From NCBI GenBank assembly GCA_017504625.1, contig JAFVQU010000012.1, positions 13,112 through 77,111 on the forward strand: a stretch of 64,000 bases of DNA, given 5' to 3'. A program made the position numbers and the translations under genes. The notes beneath the pieces were generated by a model. The model did no database searches and was not told the DNA's origin. It worked only from the letters and a program-made list of their open reading frames with translations. Shown piece after piece: positions 1-8,378 of this stretch. This DNA comes from Clostridia bacterium. Its GTDB lineage: Bacteria > Bacillota > Clostridia > Oscillospirales > CAG-272. Position 1 is the stretch's first letter; each line of letters starts with the position of its first letter.

Positions 1-1
1 G

Positions 2-631
2 ACTATCCGTGCCGTCTTTTTTGTGCTTTGGGTGCTTATCTGTGTGCTTGAGGTAACCAAAATAGTCTGGGAGACCGTATCGGGCGCAAGCGTCAATGTT
101 GAGGTGACGGGTATTCTCCCTCTTTACCCTTGCAGTGTTTTTATGTATGCGATGCCGCTTGCAATCTTCGGACACGGCAAGATAAGATATATGGGCTGTG
201 GATACGTATGCTCTCTCGGGCTACTCGGTGGATCAATAAACTTTGTGTATCCCGCAACTATACTCGGAAGCTACTCTTGTATATCCTTTGCGGGCTTTCA
301 CACCTTCTTCTATCACGGTGCGATGGTATTTTGCGCTATCGTTATGTTAAAATCGGGATACCATTCATACAAGAAAGCAAAAAAGCCGACAGATCTGCTT
401 CTGCCCGCCGTCCCCGCACTCGCGATGTCTATCGTGGCAAATGCGGTCAACTTTTCACCCATCGGCTCTGACTATATGTTCTTTAAGCTCAGCTCGTTCT
501 TCTTTGCGCCCATCGGTGCCGCACTGCCCACAGCGCTTTGCGTGGCGATAGTTTATATTCTTTATCTTATAATCCACGCGCTCCCCTATCTTCCCTTCTA
601 TTTTAAAAACAAAAAAGCCTCAGCACTGTGA
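2..631 (+). CDS. YwaF-like integral membrane protein, probably 5'-truncated by the window edge
   Basis: Frame is open from the window start; hydrophobic; LPLYPCS, FxYHG and DYMF motifs resemble the YwaF family. Confidence 0.65.
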   Translation, partial: TIRAVFFVLWVLICVLEVTKIVWETVSGASVNVEVTGILPLYPCSVFMYAMPLAIFGHGKIRYMGCGYVCSLGLLGGSINFVYPATILGSYSCISFAGFHTFFYHGAMVFCAIVMLKSGYHSYKKAKKPTDLLLPAVPALAMSIVANAVNFSPIGSDYMFFKLSSFFFAPIGAALPTALCVAIVYILYLIIHALPYLPFYFKNKKASAL

Positions 632-673
632 CACGCAAAAAGAATTTTCACATATAGTATTCAAATCAAGATA

Positions 674-709
674 AAACGGTATGACCGCAAGTTGAGGTCA
701 TACCGTTTT
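674..709. terminator. Bidirectional intrinsic terminator
   Basis: aaaacggtatgacc-N9-ggtcataccgtttt between convergent genes. Confidence 0.75.
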
Positions 710-712
710 GAT

Positions 713-1663
713 TTATTTAAGTATATCCTTGAAAAAATCTCCCGCTTCAAAGAGGTATTTTTCCATATCAACAGGAAACGCGAGCCCATGCCCCGCACCC
801 TTTATCGTAACCATTCTCTTTTCTCCGCCGCACGCCTCAAAGTTCTCCACACTCATAGAGTGCGGCACAAAATCGTCGGTATCTCCGTGGAAAAATATGA
901 CGGGAAGCCTCGTCTTTTTCATCGCCTCAATCGGAGAATTTGAGTCGGGATCGAATTTTCCGAATATTATCGCGCCAAGTCTTACAAAGGGATAGAAAAG
1001 ATTTGCAGGGAGATGCATATCTCTCATAACTTTCTTGATGATCTCTCTGGATGAGGTATATCCGCAATCGGCAAGCACACCGACCACGTTTTCGGGGAGC
1101 TCCATTGCAGAAGCCATAAGAACAGTTGCCGCTCCCATAGATATTCCCGTAATGATTATTTTAGCATCCTTATCTATATTGTTAACGACGTAGTTTACCC
1201 ACTCTACGCAATCCAGGCTTTCATTTATACCAAAGCTTATTACGTTGCCCTCGCTTCTGCCGGCGGCGCGCTGATCGACTATCAATGCACTTCTGCCAAG
1301 CGAAAAGCAACGCGCAACGCCGCCGCTGAGATCTCGCTCGGCATTTCCTCTATATCCGTGAAAAAGTATCTCAATAGGCGCGCCCTTTTCGTATTCGTAA
1401 AAATATCCGGCAAGCCGAAGTCCGTCGTGCGAACTTATCTCGACGGCTCTGCGCGGCATTGATCTGATTTCATTTATCCAATTTATAATCTGCTCGCGGT
1501 AAGGCTCGTATTCCTCACCCTCGGGGATCGGTAGCTTTGCGTCCTCCTCGGCTTGCTTTTCCCGTCTGACGTAAAAAGCCATTCTGAAGCATATGAATGA
1601 TACGGCAAGCACCAGAACTGTAAAGAATAACGCCGCTGAAACTAGTGTCCACAATATCCACAT
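713..1663 (-). CDS. Alpha/beta hydrolase with N-terminal membrane anchor
   Basis: HGY, GISMG nucleophile elbow, HGDTDDFVP, GAGHG; start moved to the ATG at 1663 after an SD-like agaggtg. Confidence 0.88.
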   Translation of the reverse strand: MWILWTLVSAALFFTVLVLAVSFICFRMAFYVRREKQAEEDAKLPIPEGEEYEPYREQIINWINEIRSMPRRAVEISSHDGLRLAGYFYEYEKGAPIEILFHGYRGNAERDLSGGVARCFSLGRSALIVDQRAAGRSEGNVISFGINESLDCVEWVNYVVNNIDKDAKIIITGISMGAATVLMASAMELPENVVGVLADCGYTSSREIIKKVMRDMHLPANLFYPFVRLGAIIFGKFDPDSNSPIEAMKKTRLPVIFFHGDTDDFVPHSMSVENFEACGGEKRMVTIKGAGHGLAFPVDMEKYLFEAGDFFKDILK

Positions 1664-1813
1664 AAAAACACCTCTTTTTTCTTGAATATCAATATATTTT
1701 AGCACTTTTCTTGTAAAAATGCAACTTTTTTTAATTATAAAACCGAAAAATATTGATTTGCTCCGGATTTTCATTTATAATAAGGTCAGAGATTCCCAAA
1801 ATGGAGGTTTATT

Positions 1814-2578
1814 ATGGGCAAAATCAAAATAGTTACCTATAACCTACGCTATGACACCGCAGACGACGGTATAAATTGCTTTGCGGGTCGCAGCGAGCTT
1901 ATCAAAGAAAAAATAACGGCGGAAATGCCCGAGCTTATCGCCTTTCAAGAGGTGACAAACTCAAGTCGTGATCCTCTTGAGAAAATGCTCCCCGAATATT
2001 ATCTTTTAGGTATGATGAGAAGTAAGATCTTTGACAACGAGGGACTTTACTTCGCGGCTCGAAGAGATGCATTTGAAGTAATCGGACTTGAGAGCGTTTG
2101 GCTCAGCCCCGAGCCCTATACCCCCGGCTCTCGCTACCCCGATCAGAGCCCCTGCCCGAGAATCTGCACAATGATCTATCTGCGACACAGAGAAAGCAAC
2201 CTGCGTCTACGCGCTTATAACATTCATCTCGATCACATCAGCGAGGAGGCAAAGGTGCTCGGTATGAGGGCGGCGCTCGATTTTGTCGACTCTTACAACG
2301 CAAAGGAGCCTCTGCCTACCGTCATTCTCGGTGACTTCAACGCATATCCCAACAGCGACGTCATTTCTATGATGAACGTGCGTGACGACCTTGTTGACGT
2401 TACGACCAATATTCCCTTCACCTTTCATGACTACGGCAAGCAGCAGTTAAAAATAGACTACGTCTTCCTCTCGCCCTCCCTCGCCGACAAGGTTGTAAGC
2501 GTAGAGCGTTGGACCGACGAGCAGGCGGGAATCTACCTTTCAGACCACTACCCCGTCTGCGTGACTATTGACTTTTAA
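1814..2578 (+). CDS. Endonuclease/exonuclease/phosphatase family protein
   Basis: TYN, QE, HLDH, GDFN, IDY and SDHYPV motifs; SD ggagg. Confidence 0.9.
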   Translation: MGKIKIVTYNLRYDTADDGINCFAGRSELIKEKITAEMPELIAFQEVTNSSRDPLEKMLPEYYLLGMMRSKIFDNEGLYFAARRDAFEVIGLESVWLSPEPYTPGSRYPDQSPCPRICTMIYLRHRESNLRLRAYNIHLDHISEEAKVLGMRAALDFVDSYNAKEPLPTVILGDFNAYPNSDVISMMNVRDDLVDVTTNIPFTFHDYGKQQLKIDYVFLSPSLADKVVSVERWTDEQAGIYLSDHYPVCVTIDF

Positions 2579-2704
2579 TAAGGTCGCCTTTACTTAAATA
2601 ATTATTTACAATTTCGATTTAATACGTCAATTTTTATATCGTAAAATCAAAATTGGATGTAGAAAATTTACTTCTATCCAGAACAAAACAAAGGAAAACT
2701 CAAA

Positions 2705-4504
2705 ATGGGAATATTTCAAATTCTTGAACTCGTTTGTGGCTTAGCTCTCTTCCTTTACGGAATGGACGTAATGGGAAACGCACTCAAAAAGAGTGCGGGT
2801 AGAAAGCTTAAGACAATACTTGGCAATCTGACGTCAAGCAAGCTCAAAGGCTTTTTGCTTGGACTTGCCGTTACAGCCGTCATTCAGTCTTCGTCGGCAA
2901 CGACGGTCATGGTAGTCGGCTTCGTTAACTCGGGCACTATGCTGCTTTCACAGGCTATAAGCGTTATTCTCGGCGCAAACCTCGGTACCGCGGTTACCTC
3001 TTGGCTGACGGCTCTCAACAGTCTTGGCAGTAGCGAAACGGTATCGGCTATCGCTTGGCTCGACTATCTTACCCCTGATTTCTGGATGCCTATCCTTGCT
3101 CTTATCGGTATAGCATTCATTATGTTCTCCAAAAAGGACAAGAAAAAGGATATCGGAACGATACTTCTCGGCTTTGCCGTCCTTATGGTAGGTATGAGTA
3201 CTATGTCGGGCGCGGTAGCGGCGCTAAAGAACGATCCTGAATTTCATAAAATACTCACCGTCTTCACAAATCCTATCGTCGGCGTAATCGCCGGTGCGAT
3301 ACTGACGGCAATCGTTCAGTCCTCTTCGGCGTCGATCGGTATTCTTCAGGCATTGTCTGTTACGGGCGGTATTTCGTTCGGTATGGCTATTCCGATCGTT
3401 CTCGGTCAGAATATCGGTACTTGCGTAACCGCTATGCTCTCGGCTCTCGGCGCGAACAAAAACGGTAAGAGAACCGCGGTCGCACACCTTTTCTTCAACG
3501 TAATAGGTGTTGTGTTCTGGCTCTCGATGTACTATTTTGTAGGCTGGATACTCAACGTAGCGGGTATTATCAACATCTTTGATCTTGCTACCGCTTCAAT
3601 CAACCCATTCGGCATCGCTATCGTACACACCTGCTTTAAGATACTTGCTATCATTCTTATGTGGCCCTTTACAAAGCTTCTTGAAAAGCTTGCTTGCGCT
3701 ATCGTCAAGGGAGATGATAAGAAGGGCGACGAGTTCACGAATATGCTCGACGACCGTCTTCTTGACACCCCCACCGTTGCTATCGACCGCAGCCGCTTGG
3801 TTTCTGCTCACATGGCAAAGGTCGCTATCGGATCACTCCAGAAATCTCTTCTCCTGCTTGATAATTACGACGAAAAGATCGCCGACGAGATCCGTGAGGA
3901 AGAGGGCAAGGTCGATATCTATGAGGACGCACTCGGCTCTTATCTCGTTAAGCTCTCGTCAAGAAGCATGGATGAGGATGACAGCGCAGAAGTTACAAAG
4001 CTTCTCCATATGATAGGCGACTTTGAGCGAATCTCCGACCATTCGGTCAACGTAGTTGAATCCGCAGAGGAAATACGCGACAAGAACGTATGCTTCTCCG
4101 ATCAGGCTATAAAGGAGCTTGAAACTATGAAGGCCGCGGTCAGCGAGATACTCGGTATGACTCTTGACGCGCTTGAAAGCGGTGACGTTGACAAGGCTCT
4201 CGCAGTTGAGCCTCTTGAGCAGGTCGTCGACTATCTCCGAGATCAGATCAAGCTCAACCACACGATAAGACTTCAGAAAAACCTTTGCAGCATCGAGCTT
4301 GGATTTATTCTCTCGGATATTCTTACCAATCTTGAAAGAGTTTCCGACCATTGCTCTAACATAGCGGGTTGTATTGTCGAAATGTCGCGTAACGAAATGC
4401 TTGATATTCACAGCTACACGCGCAAGGCTCACAGGGACAGCGGCGCTTATGCGGAAAGCTATAAGGCGTATATGGAAAAGTACTCGCTTGCACAGGTTGA
4501 GTAA
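2705..4504 (+). CDS. Na+/Pi cotransporter with C-terminal PhoU domains
   Basis: Two QSSS repeats, GANLGT/GQNIGT, and PhoU-type ERISDH and ERVSDH motifs. Confidence 0.93.
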   Translation: MGIFQILELVCGLALFLYGMDVMGNALKKSAGRKLKTILGNLTSSKLKGFLLGLAVTAVIQSSSATTVMVVGFVNSGTMLLSQAISVILGANLGTAVTSWLTALNSLGSSETVSAIAWLDYLTPDFWMPILALIGIAFIMFSKKDKKKDIGTILLGFAVLMVGMSTMSGAVAALKNDPEFHKILTVFTNPIVGVIAGAILTAIVQSSSASIGILQALSVTGGISFGMAIPIVLGQNIGTCVTAMLSALGANKNGKRTAVAHLFFNVIGVVFWLSMYYFVGWILNVAGIINIFDLATASINPFGIAIVHTCFKILAIILMWPFTKLLEKLACAIVKGDDKKGDEFTNMLDDRLLDTPTVAIDRSRLVSAHMAKVAIGSLQKSLLLLDNYDEKIADEIREEEGKVDIYEDALGSYLVKLSSRSMDEDDSAEVTKLLHMIGDFERISDHSVNVVESAEEIRDKNVCFSDQAIKELETMKAAVSEILGMTLDALESGDVDKALAVEPLEQVVDYLRDQIKLNHTIRLQKNLCSIELGFILSDILTNLERVSDHCSNIAGCIVEMSRNEMLDIHSYTRKAHRDSGAYAESYKAYMEKYSLAQVE

Positions 4505-4516
4505 TACAGAAAACTT

Positions 4517-4545
4517 AAAGCGGTCTGCTTGGCAGACCGCTTTTT
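4517..4545. terminator. Bidirectional intrinsic terminator
   Basis: aaagcggtctgc-ttg-gcagaccgctttt. Confidence 0.8.
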
Positions 4546-4547
4546 CT

Positions 4548-5051
4548 TTATATATTGAGATTTTTTCGGTTAACTATACGATAAGAAGGCTTCTCTGCAT
4601 CGCGGTACCTCTGACTGTGATGCACTGCGGGCATACCCGCATCCTCGTATTTTTCAAGAAACTCTCTCCACTCGTCAAGTGAAAAATTGCACATGCCCGA
4701 CCTCACGACTTCCTCGGCTTCCTCCAAAAATCCGACAAATCTGTCATTTCCGCTTTGACTGATCTTGGCGGAGGAAACGAACGCATTGAAAATCATATCG
4801 CGGTCAATTCCTTTTGCCTTTGCTACCGCGAGATTTATTCGGCAGACCTCGTCGGATATCATCTCACAAAGCTCGCCGTCAACCGCTTCCACACCGTCAA
4901 ATTCAAGATCAAAATATCTTTTGGCAGCCGAAAGATCAGATAAAAGGTGCTCTGCGCCAAACGCCGCCTGATAGCAAAGCTTTACCACGTCCTGCGGCAT
5001 CAGCGAGGGGTGCTTTTTTATATGCTCGGTCAAATAATTTTTAATGCTCAT
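4548..5051 (-). CDS. Conserved hypothetical protein
   Basis: 167 aa ORF starting 2 nt after the decarboxylase stop; QDxxKLxYQ..G.EH and HSxxYR..PxYR motifs. Confidence 0.7.
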   Translation of the reverse strand: MSIKNYLTEHIKKHPSLMPQDVVKLCYQAAFGAEHLLSDLSAAKRYFDLEFDGVEAVDGELCEMISDEVCRINLAVAKAKGIDRDMIFNAFVSSAKISQSGNDRFVGFLEEAEEVVRSGMCNFSLDEWREFLEKYEDAGMPAVHHSQRYRDAEKPSYRIVNRKNLNI

Positions 5052-5053
5052 AG

Positions 5054-6394
5054 TTATCTGACCACCCTTACCTTATCTATACCGTAATATCTGAAGCATT
5101 CGATCGCGTTTTCATCAATTCTCTCTCCTGCGATAAGTATCGGGACGGCGGGAGGACATGAAACGCTTGCCGATGCCAAAACCTCTCCAAGCACGTTTTC
5201 GATTGCTATCTCTGCCGACGCGGAAAGCATTGCATCACGAACGGACAATACTCTTTCAGTCGCGCTCGGTATGGGGGCTTTATCGGTTATCGCTTCCCTG
5301 CGCTCTATTCCCGCAAGCGCGGAGTAAAGTCTGTCAATATCCCCGTCACTTATCTCGGGCGTGAGCATCATCACAACGAAATCGGAGTCCGACATCTCGC
5401 AAACGATACCGTCTTTTTTCAATATCTCCGCTATCTCGTCACCTGTATATCCGTAGGATTTGGGAGAGATAGTCAGCTTCAATTTTTCGTCACCGACAAC
5501 CTCAAAGCCCTTATCACAAAGCTTCTTTTTGAGATCGTCAAGCTTTTTTGAAAGCTCGCTTATATTCTTTTTATAATCGTGCGACAAATAAAGATTTGCC
5601 ATATCAAGCGATTGCAAGATCAGATATGAAGGGCTCGTTGACGCGAACAACGTCATCGCATGCTCTGCCATATCGCAAATCACATGTGGCGCACACTCAC
5701 TTATATGAAGATACGCTCCTCCCGTCAAAACAGGGAGAGTTTTATGCGCGGAGTCACAACAAACGTCTGCGCCGAGAGTTATGGGATGCTTATCCTCAGG
5801 CAAAAACCTGAGATATGCCCCATGAGCGTTGTCAACCATCAAAAGAATGCCATTTTTATGGCATATCCTTGCAATTTCGCAAATATCGCTTGTATTACCG
5901 AGATAATCGGGGCTTGTCAGATATACCGCCGTAGGCTTCTTCGTCATTTGCGAGAGGTACCCGTCAAGATACTCCGCGCTTATTTTGCAGGATATGAGAT
6001 TATCCTGCTTTTCGGGGTAGAGCCATTCGACGTCGACATCAAGAAGAGCAAGTCCACTCATAAAGCTCTTGTGCGCGTTTCTCGCCGCTAAGATCTTGGC
6101 TGGTTCCCCTTTTTCCCTTGCCGCCAATGCGACAAGCTGTATCATCGCGCGGATGCAAAGCGACGAGCCCTCGGTGGAATAAAGCGTCTTTTTTGTGCAG
6201 AATAGCGTTGATGCGTTGTTCTGGCTCTCGGCAATTATTCCGTTGCTCATATAGAGAACGTCTGCTCCCTCGACCTCGGTTATATCCCGCGGCTCTGCTC
6301 CGAGAAAGCTCTTTCCCTTGTGTCCGGGCATATGAAGGCGCAAGGAGTCGCCGCAGGCATATTTCTTTACAAAATCGCATATCGGCGTAGTCAT
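5054..6394 (-). CDS. PLP-dependent Orn/Lys/Arg decarboxylase family protein
   Basis: HMPGHKG, RNAHKS, DNAHG, SAHKTLP (PLP lysine) and STSPSY motifs. Confidence 0.9.
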   Translation of the reverse strand: MTTPICDFVKKYACGDSLRLHMPGHKGKSFLGAEPRDITEVEGADVLYMSNGIIAESQNNASTLFCTKKTLYSTEGSSLCIRAMIQLVALAAREKGEPAKILAARNAHKSFMSGLALLDVDVEWLYPEKQDNLISCKISAEYLDGYLSQMTKKPTAVYLTSPDYLGNTSDICEIARICHKNGILLMVDNAHGAYLRFLPEDKHPITLGADVCCDSAHKTLPVLTGGAYLHISECAPHVICDMAEHAMTLFASTSPSYLILQSLDMANLYLSHDYKKNISELSKKLDDLKKKLCDKGFEVVGDEKLKLTISPKSYGYTGDEIAEILKKDGIVCEMSDSDFVVMMLTPEISDGDIDRLYSALAGIERREAITDKAPIPSATERVLSVRDAMLSASAEIAIENVLGEVLASASVSCPPAVPILIAGERIDENAIECFRYYGIDKVRVVR

Positions 6395-6414
6395 TTCGCC
6401 TTCCTCCTATGATC

Positions 6415-7803
6415 TTATTTTTCTTCTGCGTCGAGAGTCTTTGCGACCTCAAGCATAATAGCGCATTCCATTCTCTTCTTGAAAAGCTCGCAGCCGTACT
6501 TATAAATTCCGTTTACAGAGCCGGTTGCATGATACGCGTTTGCGGCACAGCCGCCCGAGCAATAAAGCTTTGCCCAGCAATCCTTGCACTCGGGCTTAGT
6601 ATATACGTTGCAGGACGCGAATTCGCCCTGAACCTCTTTATTGGTAACACCGTCCCAGACGTTGCCGAGCTTGAATTTTTCATCTCCGACGAACTGGTGG
6701 CAGGGATAAAAATCACCCCAAGGCGTTACCGCCATGTATTCTGTTCCCGAGCCGCAGCCCGAAATTCTCTTGTATACGCAAGGACCTCCCTTGAGGTCTA
6801 TCATATAGTGATAGAAGGTAAAGGGCTTGCCTTCTCTGTGACGCTTGAGCATAAGCTCGGCGAGCTTTTCATACTGCTCAAGCACGATAGGCATATCCTC
6901 CGCCGTAAGCGACAAGGGATCGTCCTCGGGACCAACCACGGGCTCCATAGAAAGCTCGTTAAAGCCGAGGTCTAGCATTGTTTCGATATCCTTAAGGAAA
7001 TCGGGATTTGCATGCGTGAACGTGCCGCGCATATAGTAATTCTTGCCGCCTCTCGCCTCGACAAGCTTTTGGAACTTGGGAACTATCTTCTCCCAGCTTC
7101 CATTTCCCGCATAGTCAACGCGGTAGCGGTCGTGAACTTCTTTTCTTCCGTCAAGGCTCAGAACCACGTTCGAGCATTCGCGGTTTGCAAAATCAATTAC
7201 GTCGTCGTCGATAAGCACGCCGTTGGTCGTGAGGGTAAAGCGGAAATTCTTGCCCGCCGCCTTCTCGATCGAGCGCGCGTATTCAACAAGTCTTTTAACA
7301 ACGTCAAAGTTCATCAAGGGCTCGCCACCAAAGAAGTCTACCTCAAGATTATGTCTGCCCTTTGAGTTTGCAACGAGGAAATCAAGCGCCTGCTTGCCTA
7401 CCTCATAGCTCATTAAGGCTCTCTCGCCGTTGTACTTTCCCTGACTTGCAAAGCAATACGAGCAGTTAAGGTTGCAGGTGTGTGCTATATGCAGACAAAG
7501 CGCCTTTACGACCCCCGCACTTCTCTCCTTAAGCGTGCCCGCCATCTCGCCGAAGTTGTCGGGAGTAAAGAGCTTACCCTCGGCTCTGAGCGCTTCAAGG
7601 TCATCAAAGCAACCGAGTATCTCCTCTCTCGTAACCTCCTCGTCAGACGCATATTTTTCAAGTATCTTTTCAATTATTTCTTCCTTCTCGACGTTCTCAT
7701 ACATCTCGATAATGTCGTATACCACGTCATCAACGACGTGAACAGAGCCTGAGCATATATCAAGCACTATGTTAAGTTCGCCAAGCTTATAGCAATGTAT
7801 CAT
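6415..7803 (-). CDS. scfB: SCIFF ranthipeptide radical SAM maturase (SPASM domain)
   Basis: CNLNCSYC, FFGGEP, SPASM CxxCxxxxxCxGGC motif; next to the SCIFF precursor. Confidence 0.95.
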   Translation of the reverse strand: MIHCYKLGELNIVLDICSGSVHVVDDVVYDIIEMYENVEKEEIIEKILEKYASDEEVTREEILGCFDDLEALRAEGKLFTPDNFGEMAGTLKERSAGVVKALCLHIAHTCNLNCSYCFASQGKYNGERALMSYEVGKQALDFLVANSKGRHNLEVDFFGGEPLMNFDVVKRLVEYARSIEKAAGKNFRFTLTTNGVLIDDDVIDFANRECSNVVLSLDGRKEVHDRYRVDYAGNGSWEKIVPKFQKLVEARGGKNYYMRGTFTHANPDFLKDIETMLDLGFNELSMEPVVGPEDDPLSLTAEDMPIVLEQYEKLAELMLKRHREGKPFTFYHYMIDLKGGPCVYKRISGCGSGTEYMAVTPWGDFYPCHQFVGDEKFKLGNVWDGVTNKEVQGEFASCNVYTKPECKDCWAKLYCSGGCAANAYHATGSVNGIYKYGCELFKKRMECAIMLEVAKTLDAEEK

Positions 7804-7848
7804 TTTCTATCTCCTGAATTTATATTCTGCCTATGTAAAGACAGTGCG

Positions 7849-7875
7849 ATGGGGGAAGGATTTTCCTTCCCCCAT
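7849..7875. other. GC-rich hairpin in the scfA-scfB spacer
   Basis: atgggggaagga-ttt-tccttcccccat. Confidence 0.6.
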
Positions 7876-7893
7876 AATCTTTCTTAAAGATCA

Positions 7894-8066
7894 ATAAATC
7901 GAAGAAAAATTTCTCAAGACAAGGCGCACCGGAGAAAGCAAGGCGAAGGCGATGTTTGCTTTAGCAAACTCGCGTTAGCAAGCGTGAGCTTGCGTATGCT
8001 TACATTACGTAAGTCGAGCCGCTTTTGAGGAGCAACGAAGTATTGGGGAATTTTTCAAAGATTTAT
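7894..8066. mobile_element. ERIC-like palindromic miniature element (MITE-like)
   Basis: Imperfect 24-bp terminal inverted repeats (ataaatcgaagaaaaatttctcaa / ttggggaatttttcaaagatttat); internal caaggcg, gcttacattacgtaagt and caacgaag motifs. Confidence 0.6.
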
Positions 8067-8209
8067 CATTTCTTGTTTTCGCACTGCTGATTAGCAATTC
8101 CGCAAGAGGTCTTGCAAGCAGACTGGCAAGAGGTCTGGCACTCGCCGCATCCACCGTTCTTTGCGCTCTCGCAAAGGTTCTTTGTATCAAGGGTCTTAAT
8201 ACGCTTCAT
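8066..8209 (-). CDS. scfA: SCIFF (six-cysteine) ranthipeptide precursor, 47 aa; not in the ORF track
   Basis: Hand translation MKRIKTLDTKNLCESAKNGGCGECQTSCQSACKTSCGIANQQCENKK; SD ggagg; canonical GGCGECQTSCQSACKTSC core. Confidence 0.97.
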   Translation of the reverse strand: MKRIKTLDTKNLCESAKNGGCGECQTSCQSACKTSCGIANQQCENKK

Positions 8210-8246
8210 AAGATTTATCCTCCGATAAATATAAATTTATACGATA

Positions 8247-8275
8247 ATTATATCACAGTATTTCCTATAAGTCAA
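8247..8275 (-). promoter_or_regulatory. Sigma-A promoter of scfA
   Basis: TTGACT-17-TATAAT with extended TG. Confidence 0.75.
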
Positions 8276-8319
8276 GTACAATTTTTCAAAATGCGCTCTC
8301 TTTCTTTTTACCTTTTTCA

Positions 8320-8348
8320 TTGACACTGTTTTTGATTTATGTTAAAAT
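8320..8348 (+). promoter_or_regulatory. Sigma-A promoter of the MFS-GH2 gene
   Basis: TTGACA-17-TAAAAT with extended TG. Confidence 0.75.
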
Positions 8349-8378
8349 AAATTATACTACGAAGAAAGGATCTTTAAT

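Noticed and set aside
631-662. Sigma-K-like motif (ACA-17-CATATAGTA) pointing into a terminator
   Set aside because: Short degenerate consensus with no downstream gene; likely chance.
2585-2640. Possible Pho boxes upstream of the Na/Pi transporter
   Set aside because: TTTACA-like words are not at a regular 11-bp spacing in AT-rich DNA.
8005-8190. 61-aa ORF from the track
   Set aside because: Alternative frame over scfA and the palindromic element.
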